Source of the DNA: an uncultured Chloroflexia bacterium
GTDB lineage: Bacteria > Chloroflexota > Chloroflexia > QHBQ01 > JADMIH01
Assembly (NCBI GenBank): GCA_963797095.1
Contig: CAWCNY010000006.1
Span: 96,001 to 160,000, forward strand
DNA: 64,000 nucleotides
Reading direction: 5' to 3'
Shown: in pieces, positions 9,830 to 19,027 of the stretch
Position numbering within the stretch: the first letter of the stretch is position 1
How the letters are laid out: every line of letters starts with the position of its first letter
The notes under the pieces: generated by a model
What the model saw: the letters and a program-made list of their open reading frames with translations, nothing else
Told to the model about the DNA's origin: nothing
Databases searched by the model: none
Position numbers and translations under genes: made by a program

Positions 9830-10090
9830 GGGTGGCCTGGCGATAGGGGTCGGCTCAGGTGAAGGCCGACCAGCAGCCAGCGCCCGCGCTGCTTCGCAAA
9901 GACCAGCGTCGTGCGGAACTGGCCCTACATGGCCCGGCCCTGGTACGTCACTTTTTGCGCTTGCCGGCCAGTCACCACCGCTGCGTCTCGCGCGTCCCCG
10001 TAGATGTGCACCTTTACCTCGTCCCAGTTGAATTGCTGGTACTTCAAAGCATCCGATGTGATGCGCTGAAGCCACGGTCTATCATCCCGT
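9830..10090 (-). pseudogene. Degraded NTF2-like (DUF4440-type) gene
   Basis: Frame reads ...LKYQQFNWDEVKVHIYGD..AAVVTGRQAQKVTYQGRAM*GQFRTTLVFAKQRGRWLLAGLHLS, with an in-frame TAG at 9925-9927 and no recognisable N-terminal helix. Ends are approximate. Confidence 0.7.
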
Positions 10091-10318
10091 TGCGCATCGG
10101 GAGGCACAGGGCCTCCGCTATTTGCTTCCCACCCCCAGCAACAATTCTGCCGGAGCCATCAGGCCCAGGCCATTAGACCCCTCAAACTGGCTCAAAGCCT
10201 GTCTCACGTCCTCCAACAGGTGCTGCTGCTCTCACTTCTGACGCTTCCCTTGCATATCCCCCATGTGAGATTCCCCCTTCTGTTCGCTATCTGCTCACTA
10301 CCGGCAGTATGGCACCCT

Positions 10319-10458
10319 CTCTATTGAGACACCTCTATTGAGACACCTCTATTGAGACACCTCTATTGAGACACCTCTATTGAGACACCTCTATTGAGAC
10401 ACCTCTATTGAGACACCTCTATTGAGACACCTCTATTGAGACACCTCTATTGAGACAC
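10319..10458. repeat. Perfect tandem repeat, 10 x 14 bp (CTCTATTGAGACAC)
   Basis: Counted directly. The last copy contains the final codons and stop of the MFS gene. Confidence 0.97.
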
Positions 10459-12228
10459 CGGCTTTTCCAGAACCAGGTCCGGGCTGAGCGCCTCGGGAGC
10501 CCCCTCGATGGCCCTGCTCTCCGTGTCGGCAGCTGCGCGGGCGGTGCTGCGGCGAAGGGCGATCTCCGGTATGAAAGCGACAAAGAACGTCGATATCGCC
10601 AGTACGATCGCGCCTATCAAGAACGCCTCGGTGGTGGCCGCTCCCAGCGCGGGTTTGATCGGGGCGGTGATCGCGGTGATCGTCTGGTCTACCTGCGCGG
10701 CGGACAAACTCAGGCCCTCCAGTTGCTGGCGCAGGGTGGAGATCGTGTCGGGGCTGATCAGCGCTTGAGGGCTGATATTGCTCAGGAAAGCGCCGAACTG
10801 GGGGTTCGATTTGAGCTGATCGGGGAGTAGAGCCTGGTACTCGCTGGCGAACCGGTTGTTGACGATGGTGCCGAAGACGGCCACCCCTATCGTGCCGCCA
10901 ATCGAGCGGAAGAAGGTGGTAGCCGAGGTCACAACACCCAATCTCTGCGGTGGAAAAGCGTTCTGCACGATGAGGGTGTAGAGGGGCTGCGCGATGCCGA
11001 GACCTATGCCCATGACCACCATGTAGGCCGCCGTTTGCAAGGTGGGTATATCAATTGCCATTGTGGAAAGCAAGAACATCCCGATCGCCATTACGATCTG
11101 CCCGATTATCGCCAGTATTCGATACCTGCCGGTGCGGCTCACTATCTGGCCGGATATGATGCTGAATACGATTGAGCCGAACATGAGAGGCACGATTGCG
11201 TTGCCGCTGTTGGTGGCGCTTTGACCTTGCACCCCCTGAATAAAGAGCGGCAGGTTGATGATCGCGCCGAACATGCCCAGGCCCACCAGAGCCACCGTGA
11301 TCACAGACAGCACGAAGATGCGGTTCTTGAACAGGTCGAGCGGGATGATCGGCTCTGCCGCTCGCGACTCTCGCCACAGGAAGAGGGCAAGGAACACCGC
11401 ACCTATGACGAACATGGTCAGGATGGAGCCGGAGCCCCAGGGGAAGTCCTTGCTGCCCCCGAGTGACAGAGCCAGAAGCACAGGGGTCACCGTGCCGATG
11501 AGAGTTAGCACGCCCACCCAGTCTATCGAGCGGCTACCGCTTCGGGCCTGGATGATATTGGGGAAGGTAAAGGCAACCATGGGGATCGCGATGAGGCCCA
11601 CCGGCACATTCACATAGAACACCCACTGCCAACCTATGTTATCCGTAATGAAGCCGCCAACGGTGGGTCCAATTACCGAGGCTATGCCAAATACCGCCCC
11701 GAACAGGCCCTGCCAGCGCCCCCGGTCGGCGGGTGCCACCACATCGCCCACGATGGTGAAGGCGTTAGCCAGCATCAGACCGCCGCCTATGCCCTGTATG
11801 GCCCGGAAGAATATCAACTCTGCCATGCCGACTGTAAGACTGGGCACCGTTATGCCGAACAGGTTGAACTCGTCTGTGCCGCTGGAAAGGCCGGAGAGCA
11901 TTGAGGCCCCTATAAAGATGACCATGCCCCCCACGAAGAACCATTTGCGGCCAAAGAGGTCGCCGATCTTACCCGCAATCGGCACTGTGACGGTGGAGGT
12001 GAGCAGGTAAGCGGTGGTGACCCAGGCGTAGTGCTCCAGGCCCCTGAGATCGCTCACAATGCGGAACATGGCCGGGCCAACAACGGTCTGGTCGAGAGCC
12101 GCAAGGAGCAAGCCGAGCATGACCCCGCCCATAATGACATAAAGCTGCCTGCCGTGCACCTCGGTGGGTATGTGGGCCGGCATTTGCTGAGGGCTATCGG
12201 CCGATATTGCAGGACTTTGCTGTTCCAT
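10447..12228 (-). CDS. DHA2-family (EmrB/QacA-type) MFS efflux transporter
   Basis: LLAALDQTVV, GKIGDLFGRK, FRAIQGIGGG, GPTVGG..W.WVFYVNVPVG, EPIIPLDLF. About 14 TM segments. Confidence 0.93.
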   Translation of the reverse strand: MEQQSPAISADSPQQMPAHIPTEVHGRQLYVIMGGVMLGLLLAALDQTVVGPAMFRIVSDLRGLEHYAWVTTAYLLTSTVTVPIAGKIGDLFGRKWFFVGGMVIFIGASMLSGLSSGTDEFNLFGITVPSLTVGMAELIFFRAIQGIGGGLMLANAFTIVGDVVAPADRGRWQGLFGAVFGIASVIGPTVGGFITDNIGWQWVFYVNVPVGLIAIPMVAFTFPNIIQARSGSRSIDWVGVLTLIGTVTPVLLALSLGGSKDFPWGSGSILTMFVIGAVFLALFLWRESRAAEPIIPLDLFKNRIFVLSVITVALVGLGMFGAIINLPLFIQGVQGQSATNSGNAIVPLMFGSIVFSIISGQIVSRTGRYRILAIIGQIVMAIGMFLLSTMAIDIPTLQTAAYMVVMGIGLGIAQPLYTLIVQNAFPPQRLGVVTSATTFFRSIGGTIGVAVFGTIVNNRFASEYQALLPDQLKSNPQFGAFLSNISPQALISPDTISTLRQQLEGLSLSAAQVDQTITAITAPIKPALGAATTEAFLIGAIVLAISTFFVAFIPEIALRRSTARAAADTESRAIEGAPEALSPDLVLEKPVSQ

Positions 12229-12313
12229 ATCTCGTTTGCTCCTATTCCTATTGTTGGGTTAGAGCGTTATGGGTGCTCGCGATCGGACGCGGTAGGCTCA
12301 CCTACTGCAAACT

Positions 12314-12790
12314 CTATTCCACGGTGACGATAAGTTTGCGGAGGAGGCTATTGAGTTGCTCAAGCTCGTCATCGTTCAGGCGCTCGGTCATCTTCCCCGT
12401 CTGTTTCTGGTGCTCCGCCTCGATGACCGCAGCAGAGGTATCATCTTCCAGCTCAAGCTGCTCTAAATCCATGACATGTGTGGTAATATTCGTCAGTCCC
12501 TCAAGCTCCGCCAGGCGCGCAGCGATGGAGAGCATGTCCGCTGAAATATCGGTGGCTAGAATGGAGCCGCCCGGTCCCACGAGGCGGGCTGCCAAGAAAC
12601 TCTGATCTCCAGTACCTGCCGCAATGTCAAGAACATGATCTCCTGGCTGGAGCCCCGCCGCTTCGAGCATGCGCTCGGTCGTTGGGGCGAAATCGTGCCG
12701 ACGCCGGTCGACATCCTGCTGCCATTGCTCGGCCTCAGATGCACTCTGTAAGCTCCTCTGCGGCAGTGGTCCTTGCTCCTCGGTTGCCAT
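12314..12790 (-). pseudogene. Truncated class I SAM methyltransferase fused to a MarR-like C-terminal helix
   Basis: VLDIAAGTGD SAM motif and ATDISADML. The fold stops after LELEDDT and switches to ...ERLNDDELEQLNSLLRKL. AAAGGA RBS before ATG 12790. Confidence 0.65.
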
Positions 12791-12931
12791 CGGTGGTTCC
12801 TTTCTCATCTGGTTAGTGCTCTGCCAGTGGTCTCGCTGGAGGCACAGGCCCGTTTCCAGTCAAGAGCGAAGCTGGTAAGCCTTGTCCCAGCACGAACAAA
12901 ATATGGTCGGCCATCACGTCGGGAGTAGTAA

Positions 12932-13471
12932 TTACCCGACGTTGAGTTCATTGTTTTGATCTTTTTCATCTTGTTGGCCGAGGTGCCAACGGACGATCCG
13001 GAAGCCGAACTTCACCGCGACTTCGAGGCGGTCGCGGTCCAGCCTGCCGTCGGGCCCTTTGGGGATGCCCACGAAGGCGCTGACTGTGGGATTCGCCGCC
13101 GTCATGACCGCAAGCAATCGCTCGATCTCGTCGGGATCCTTGACTAGCTCAGGTCGCGCAACGACATCACGCCCCCGCAGCCGAATGTGCACCGGTTGGC
13201 CGTCTTGTAGGTTCCACTTCCAATTGCCGCCGCCTGGAGTGAGCAGTGTGTCGCCCTGTTGTACATAGCTCACCGGCTGCCGGTAGGCCTTACCGGTCTT
13301 GCGGCCCTTGTATGAAAGGAGCATAAGCCGGCCGCTGAGCGGAGTGCGAAAGGGGAGGCGCAGAATCACTCGCATCGGAACGTTTAACACGCTCATGAAG
13401 CGAGCCTGGATCCGTCTGCCAAGCGGGCGCTTTGGACTTTCGGGCGCCCGGTTCATTGTAGTCGTTTTCAT
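12932..13471 (-). CDS. Ddn/DUF385-like deazaflavin-dependent nitroreductase family protein
   Basis: LMLLSYKGRKTGKAYRQPV and W.WNL..G.PV.IRLRG split-barrel motifs. Start placed at ATG 13471 (GGAG upstream). Confidence 0.8.
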   Translation of the reverse strand: MKTTTMNRAPESPKRPLGRRIQARFMSVLNVPMRVILRLPFRTPLSGRLMLLSYKGRKTGKAYRQPVSYVQQGDTLLTPGGGNWKWNLQDGQPVHIRLRGRDVVARPELVKDPDEIERLLAVMTAANPTVSAFVGIPKGPDGRLDRDRLEVAVKFGFRIVRWHLGQQDEKDQNNELNVG

Positions 13472-13532
13472 AATGTCATTACTCCCATAGCGTGCGCGAG
13501 CCTTCGAACCGGTTGCAACGCACACGTGATCA

Positions 13533-13979
13533 TTACTGCTGCCGTTCCACTAGCTGAAAGACTGGGTGGTAGAGCGCTTCTGCGACAAAGGCTTCTAGTG
13601 GGGACTCTGGTGTTGCATCGAAATAGCCGCCCTGGCGCACAAAAGAGAAGCGCTTGAGATACTCTTTGAGAACAGGTGCGCTCTCTGTCGGCGACTGTTC
13701 GATGATGCCCAGTACCTCACGCGTTCGACCGTGTGCCAGCATCACTGTGCCAGCCGCCCTTGCATTCAGCACCCAACTCACGGTGCCATAGGGCGATACC
13801 AGCCAGCGTTTGCCGCCCCACTCGATGGGCGTCACCGGAAGAGTATAACTTTTACCCGTTGTGCGGCCCCGTACGGTCAGCATATGGAATGGTCCAAGAC
13901 GAACGCCAGCACCGGCCAGCATAATCAGCGCCTTATTGAAGACACGTTGTCCCAAGGGAGGGTGAAATTGCTTCGGCAT
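13533..13979 (-). CDS. Ddn/DUF385-like deazaflavin-dependent oxidoreductase
   Basis: LTVRGRTTGK...PVT, WLVSPYG..WV.NARAAG, HPVFQL. AGGAG RBS. Confidence 0.85.
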   Translation of the reverse strand: MPKQFHPPLGQRVFNKALIMLAGAGVRLGPFHMLTVRGRTTGKSYTLPVTPIEWGGKRWLVSPYGTVSWVLNARAAGTVMLAHGRTREVLGIIEQSPTESAPVLKEYLKRFSFVRQGGYFDATPESPLEAFVAEALYHPVFQLVERQQ

Positions 13980-14032
13980 AGATTTGCTCTCCTAATAAAC
14001 GAGTCATGTTTATGACAAGTCATGTTCAGCTA

Positions 14033-14749
14033 TCAGCTATCAGAGCCCATATCCTGCAGATCCTTGATCGTTAGCATGGGTCCGGGCAACGGCGGGGTGG
14101 GGCGGTCATGGGCAGCCCATAGCCCATCGAGCACCAGGTCCAAATGACGATGCGCGACGCGAGCGTCCAGTGTGCCAGAGAAAGGATCGAGGAGCGGTCG
14201 GGCCAGGCGGATGATCAACAACCCAATGTCACCGAATGCCACATCCGGGCGCAGTGTCCCATCCGCCTGAGCGCGATCAATGATAGCCTGGACCGGCTTG
14301 GTAGCCTCCTCTCGCGTGTGGAGCATCTCCGTGTCCTCCATTGGTATTTGGTTGGCCAGCGCGGGCATGACCACGCCGATGCGCAGGTCGAGGGCGCGGT
14401 GCATGTAGCGGGTGAGCGCCCGGAAGGCGTCAGGCTCCTCGTCTAGCGCCGAGCGTGCTTCATGCGCCACACTGGCCAGTACATCAAGCGCGACAGCGCG
14501 CAGCAGCGACTGACGGTCGGGGAACCGACGATACAGCGTGCCGATTCCCACGCCAGCCCTCTGAGCTATCTCCTCGAGTGGCGCGCCAGGACCTTGAAAA
14601 GCGAAAACCTCGCGGGCGGCGACCAGGATCTGCTCACGGTTCCGGCGTGCATCGGCACGTATGCGCGGTGCCTCACGGAGCTCACGGACCTCACGGGCCG
14701 AGCCAGCATATTCCGGCGCCTGACCATCACGAACGAAGGAATTGCTCAT
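14033..14749 (-). CDS. TetR/AcrR-family transcriptional regulator
   Basis: RADARRNREQIL...EEIAQRAGVGIGTLYRRFP. AGGAGG RBS. Confidence 0.95.
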   Translation of the reverse strand: MSNSFVRDGQAPEYAGSAREVRELREAPRIRADARRNREQILVAAREVFAFQGPGAPLEEIAQRAGVGIGTLYRRFPDRQSLLRAVALDVLASVAHEARSALDEEPDAFRALTRYMHRALDLRIGVVMPALANQIPMEDTEMLHTREEATKPVQAIIDRAQADGTLRPDVAFGDIGLLIIRLARPLLDPFSGTLDARVAHRHLDLVLDGLWAAHDRPTPPLPGPMLTIKDLQDMGSDS

Positions 14750-14813
14750 TGTGTACCTCCTAGCGCGTTACAATGATGTGGTTGGCCAACTACTACAGGT
14801 TCGTCTACTATCA

Positions 14814-14876
14814 CATGTGGAGGAGAATCCTCCACATGAAGCATATTATACCACAGAAGTGGAGGATTTTCCACCG
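14814..14876 (-). promoter_or_regulatory. TetR operator pair flanking an extended -10 promoter
   Basis: Perfect palindrome CATGTGGAGGA-GAA-TCCTCCACATG (14814-14838), a related site GTGGAGGATTTTCCAC (14859-14874), and minus-strand TGGTATAAT (14845-14853) between them. Confidence 0.75.
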
Positions 14877-15170
14877 TATGTGAACGCCTCCTCGGCAAAT
14901 GCATATGTATTGAACCCCGCCTGTGAAAGGTCTGCTCTAGAGTCAAATAGCCCCAACTTGCATCAGTCTAATGCTTTCTATTGAGTTGCGGACGTTGAGC
15001 CAAGAGTGTCATTCTCCGATTGAACCGTCACTGCATTTAGATGCGTTTGCCCTGGTCTGAACATGAACGCTTACCAGTCTGGTATTGCCGCGCTCCATCT
15101 GTTAGAATTAGTGATTATCTGCACTAACCCCATATCTGACACTTTACAACTGACAAGCGCTAATATACTT

Positions 15171-16058
15171 ATGACCAAACATTCCTCAGAACACATAGAT
15201 CTGCCCGACCTGCGCCTCTTGCCTGTTGAGGGGCTCGTTTTGCACGAGCACGCCGATCCGAAGCGTGTAGCGCGGATGGAGACCAGGCTGGGTGCCGACG
15301 GCTATCTCAAGAATCCACCTATTGTGGCACCGATCCCCGGCACCGACCGCTTTGTGGTGCTCGATGGGGCCAACCGCACCCGCGCCCTGGAAGCGCTGGG
15401 TTGCATGCACATACTGGCTCAGGTGGTGGACTACAAATCCAATCACGTGCAGCTTCTCACCTGGCACCATCTCATAACGGGCAAGAAGCCGGTCAATTTC
15501 CTGAAAGAGATCGCCAGCGTACAGGGCATTGTGCTTCGCCCCCTCCAACTTAAGCTGGCACGTGCCGCGCTCGCAGACCGAGCTATCCTTGCCTATATTG
15601 CGGTTCCTATCGCGGAGGGTTCAGATCCTTCAGCCGTCTTTACGGTAGATGGGGCCAACGGGAACGAACATCTCGACACCGAAAAATCGACCGCTCTTCT
15701 CAACGCGCTTGTGGATACGTACAGAGTCGACCCACAGGTGTCTATTCACCGCACCAACTCCGACGACCTCGAAGACTTCATGAGCTACTACGCCGATATC
15801 AGCGGCATTGTGGTGTTCCCACCTTATACGCCGGACGACATACTGCACCTGGCGGAGGCAGGCACCAAAGTGCCTACAGGGATCACCCGCCACATCATCA
15901 GCCATCGCGCTTTGCGTGTGAATATCCCCGTGAGCCTGATGTCAGGAGCCGAACCGCTCTCTGAGAAGAATGCCTGGTGGCAGAACCAGGTCAAGAGCAA
16001 GCTTGCAGCCAACGAGGTCCGCTTCTACCAGGAATCGACCTATTTGTTTGACGAATAG
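15171..16058 (+). CDS. SbnI/SerK-like ParB/Srx-fold protein (putative free L-serine kinase)
   Basis: LHEHADPKR, NPPIV, VVLDGANR and C-terminal VPTGITRH...RALRVNIP...RFYQESTYLFDE parallel S. aureus SbnI as recalled. Confidence 0.72.
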   Translation: MTKHSSEHIDLPDLRLLPVEGLVLHEHADPKRVARMETRLGADGYLKNPPIVAPIPGTDRFVVLDGANRTRALEALGCMHILAQVVDYKSNHVQLLTWHHLITGKKPVNFLKEIASVQGIVLRPLQLKLARAALADRAILAYIAVPIAEGSDPSAVFTVDGANGNEHLDTEKSTALLNALVDTYRVDPQVSIHRTNSDDLEDFMSYYADISGIVVFPPYTPDDILHLAEAGTKVPTGITRHIISHRALRVNIPVSLMSGAEPLSEKNAWWQNQVKSKLAANEVRFYQESTYLFDE

Positions 16059-17158
16059 CCCACGATTTCCGTGACGGCTTTTAGGCGACGCTCCAAAATA
16101 GCCCTGTCACCGGCTCGCACTGTAACGTGCCCCAGCTTGCGTCCCGGCCTTGGGGCTTTGCCGTACAGGTGCAGATGCGCGCCCTCGATGGCCAATATCT
16201 GCTCTGTTTCGGGGAGGCTCCCGATCAGATTTACCATGACCGAGTAGCCGACCGCCGCCGTGGAGCCTAGCGGCAGACGTGCCACCGCGCGGAGGTGGTT
16301 CTCGAACTGGCTTGTCTCCGCCCCTTCTATGGTCCAGTGGCCCGAATTGTGCACGCGAGGGGCCATCTCATTCGCCAACAATTGCCCGCCAACCTCAAAT
16401 AGCTCAACGGCGAGCACGCCAACATAATCGAGCGCCTCAAATATGCGCGTGATGTAATCTTCGGCCTCGCGCTGCAACTTCTCGGTGATACCGGGCGCGG
16501 GGGCAATCGAAAGCCTGAGAATGCCCTCCCGGTGGTGGTTTTCTACGAGGGGATAGAACTTGCTGTTACCGTGACGGTCGCGCACGCCGATGATCGAAAG
16601 CTCTCGCTCGAAGGGAACAAAGCCTTCCAGAATGAGAGGTTGCCCTCCGAGCTCCTCCCATGCTGACTCGGCATCCTCCTCGTTCCTGATTACCGACTGC
16701 CCTTTACCGTCGTACCCAAGCCTGCACGTTTTCAAGACGGCAGGCATCCCTATCCCTGTGAGCGCGCTTTCCAGGTCTTGCCTGCTGTTGACGGGGGCAA
16801 AAGGGGCTGTAGGCACGTACTTGTCGCGAAAGAAAGTCTTTTCGACCGCGCGGTCCTGTGAGGCGGAAAGGGCCTCCGGAGACGGGAACACCTCGACATA
16901 ACGTGCCAGTTGTTGGGCAGCCTCTATGGGCACGTTCTCGAACTCGTAGGTGACGGCCTCCATTCCCTCGGCAAAGCGTTGCAGCATGCCGAGATCGTCG
17001 TAGCCGCCAACGATATGTTCGGCTACTTGCCCGGCGGTGGCATCAACTGCGGGATCGAGGAAACGCAGGCTCATCCCTAGCGGATAACCGGCAAGCGCCA
17101 TCATCCGCCCCAGCTGCCCGCCCCCAAGCACGCCGATACTAATCATGGTAACTTGCAT
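16040..17158 (-). CDS. purK: N5-carboxyaminoimidazole ribonucleotide synthase
   Basis: GVLGGGQLGRMM, TYEFEN, GYDGKGQ, NEMAPRVHNSGH, SQFENH, RPGRKLGHV. Confidence 0.97.
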   Translation of the reverse strand: MQVTMISIGVLGGGQLGRMMALAGYPLGMSLRFLDPAVDATAGQVAEHIVGGYDDLGMLQRFAEGMEAVTYEFENVPIEAAQQLARYVEVFPSPEALSASQDRAVEKTFFRDKYVPTAPFAPVNSRQDLESALTGIGMPAVLKTCRLGYDGKGQSVIRNEEDAESAWEELGGQPLILEGFVPFERELSIIGVRDRHGNSKFYPLVENHHREGILRLSIAPAPGITEKLQREAEDYITRIFEALDYVGVLAVELFEVGGQLLANEMAPRVHNSGHWTIEGAETSQFENHLRAVARLPLGSTAAVGYSVMVNLIGSLPETEQILAIEGAHLHLYGKAPRPGRKLGHVTVRAGDRAILERRLKAVTEIVGYSSNK

Positions 17159-17181
17159 CCCCCCTCGTCACTTATCACTCG

Positions 17182-17709
17182 TTATTCCCTGGGATCGGGG
17201 TGTTCCATCACGTTTTGAGTCTGTTCGGCGCGGAACTTGCGCAGCGCCTCGCGTATTGGGGGGTATTTGTTCGCCAGGATAGCGGCGGCCAGCAAGGAGG
17301 CGTTTACCGCGCCTGAGCGCCCTATCGCCAGAGTGCCCACAGGTATCCCGGCGGGCATCTGCGCAATCGAGAGGAGCGAATCCATCCCCTTCAGCGCCTT
17401 CGACTCTACAGGCACGCCGAGCACGGGCAGGTCTGTTTTGGCGGCACACATGCCGGGCAGGTGTGCCGCGCCGCCTGCACCCGCTATTATTACCTCCAGG
17501 CCACGCGCCTCCGCGCTGCTTGCATACTCGAACAGCAGGTCGGGCGTTCTGTGGGCCGACACTACCCGCACTTCGTAGGGCACGCCCAGTTTATCGAGGG
17601 TGTCTGTGGCGTGCTGCATCGTCTCCCAGTCGGATTTTGAACCCATTATGATGCCGACCAGAGGAACTCGTTTGTCGGCCATAGAATTCTCATTGCTTAC
17701 TTGTTCCAT
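17182..17709 (-). CDS. purE: N5-CAIR mutase
   Basis: [36 protein letters not shown]. Confidence 0.97.
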   Translation of the reverse strand: MEQVSNENSMADKRVPLVGIIMGSKSDWETMQHATDTLDKLGVPYEVRVVSAHRTPDLLFEYASSAEARGLEVIIAGAGGAAHLPGMCAAKTDLPVLGVPVESKALKGMDSLLSIAQMPAGIPVGTLAIGRSGAVNASLLAAAILANKYPPIREALRKFRAEQTQNVMEHPDPRE

Positions 17710-17886
17710 GCACTACTCCGATCACGGGCCATTTTGAATAGAGCACATTATAGCACAGCCTATGCTGCCTAAATCCGTCTTCTCAGACCATAGACCGACA
17801 TCCTTTCTACGCTATTTGCCTGACGCAGCCTCACTGCCCCTTTGTTAGGATGAGTGGTATGCCATAACTTCAAAGGAGAGATCAGC

Positions 17887-18867
17887 ATGACCGTTAGCAC
17901 CCTTTTCAAAGACCGTACATACAACGATAGCGATGTGCAGGCTGTTTGCGACCTTCTGAATGCCTGCGATGCGGTTGATACGACGGACGATAACTACTCG
18001 GTCGAGAACCTTCGCACGGAATTTGACGACCCGGAGATCGACAAGGCCCGCGATTTGCGCCTCTGGGAAGACGAAGAGGGCAAATTGATCGGCTTCGGCG
18101 AGGTGCAGTTGAGGAAATCCGAGGAGGATGAGGTGATGGACGGCCGTCTCTATTTGCGCGTCCACCCCGATTTCCGCGAGCAGGGCCTTGAGGACACCAT
18201 CGTGGCGTGGGCATTCGAGCGAGCCAGGGAAGCGGGCCGCGAAGTCAACCTTCCGGCACGCGTCAAAGCGGGCGCTCGCGACAACGACACGTATGGCCGC
18301 GCTATCTGGGAGCGCCATGGCATGTCTGTGGTGCGCTACTTCTTCACGATGGTGCGCGACTTGAGCGAGCCGATTGCCGAGCCGCAGTTACCCACCGGTT
18401 TCACCCTGCGCCATTCGACCGCCAGCTCGGAAGATATTCAAAAGTGGGTCGATTGCTTCAACCTTTCGTTCATCGACCATTGGAATCATCACCCGCTCAC
18501 AGTGGAAAGCCAGATGCACTGGCTCAATAACAGCCCCGACTACGAGCCTGCGCGCGACCTGATCGCGGTGGCCGATGATGGCACGGTGGCGGCTTTCTGC
18601 TTCTGCTGGATTGACAAAGCGGACAACGAGCGCAACAACCGCCTAGTAGGCTGGATAGATATTCTCGGCACCCGTCGAGGCTACCGCAAGATGGGCCTGG
18701 GCAGGGCTATGCTTCTCGCGGGCCTGCGCCGCCTCAAGGGGGATGGCATGACCGTCGCCAGGCTGGGCGTGGACGCCGACAACCCAACGGGCGCTCTTCA
18801 ACTTTATGAGGCCACAGGCTTCACCAAGCTTTACACCAATGTTGCCTACCGCCTGACCCTCACTTGA
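17887..18867 (+). CDS. Tandem-GNAT N-acetyltransferase (MshD-like architecture)
   Basis: Two GNAT motif-A regions (VHPDFREQG; GTRRGYRKMGLGRAML) and GVDADNPTGALQLYEATGF. AAAGGAG RBS. Confidence 0.88.
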   Translation: MTVSTLFKDRTYNDSDVQAVCDLLNACDAVDTTDDNYSVENLRTEFDDPEIDKARDLRLWEDEEGKLIGFGEVQLRKSEEDEVMDGRLYLRVHPDFREQGLEDTIVAWAFERAREAGREVNLPARVKAGARDNDTYGRAIWERHGMSVVRYFFTMVRDLSEPIAEPQLPTGFTLRHSTASSEDIQKWVDCFNLSFIDHWNHHPLTVESQMHWLNNSPDYEPARDLIAVADDGTVAAFCFCWIDKADNERNNRLVGWIDILGTRRGYRKMGLGRAMLLAGLRRLKGDGMTVARLGVDADNPTGALQLYEATGFTKLYTNVAYRLTLT

Positions 18868-19027
18868 GCGTAATACTAACGAGCGTAGAACAGGCTACCC
18901 CCGATTATCTTACTGGTAACCTGCGTGAGAATGGGGTGCTGCCTACCGGTCGCGGGCTGGAATAGGGATCAGGCGCACAGGCAACATTCGCCAACACTCT
19001 TTTGCCTGAAGGCCTTATACTATTAGC

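Noticed and set aside
9925-9927. Pyrrolysine or programmed read-through of the amber codon
   Set aside because: No pyl genes in view and the gene also lacks its 5' part, so decay is the simpler explanation.
10319-10458. CRISPR array or iteron origin
   Set aside because: Units are contiguous with no spacers, only 14 bp long, and there are no cas or rep genes nearby.
18870-19020. Riboswitch or ncRNA in intergenic regions (also 23400-23690, 33300-33480, 42830-43040)
   Set aside because: I could not match conserved cores of TPP, SAM, cobalamin, purine or c-di-GMP riboswitches by eye. An Rfam scan would be needed.
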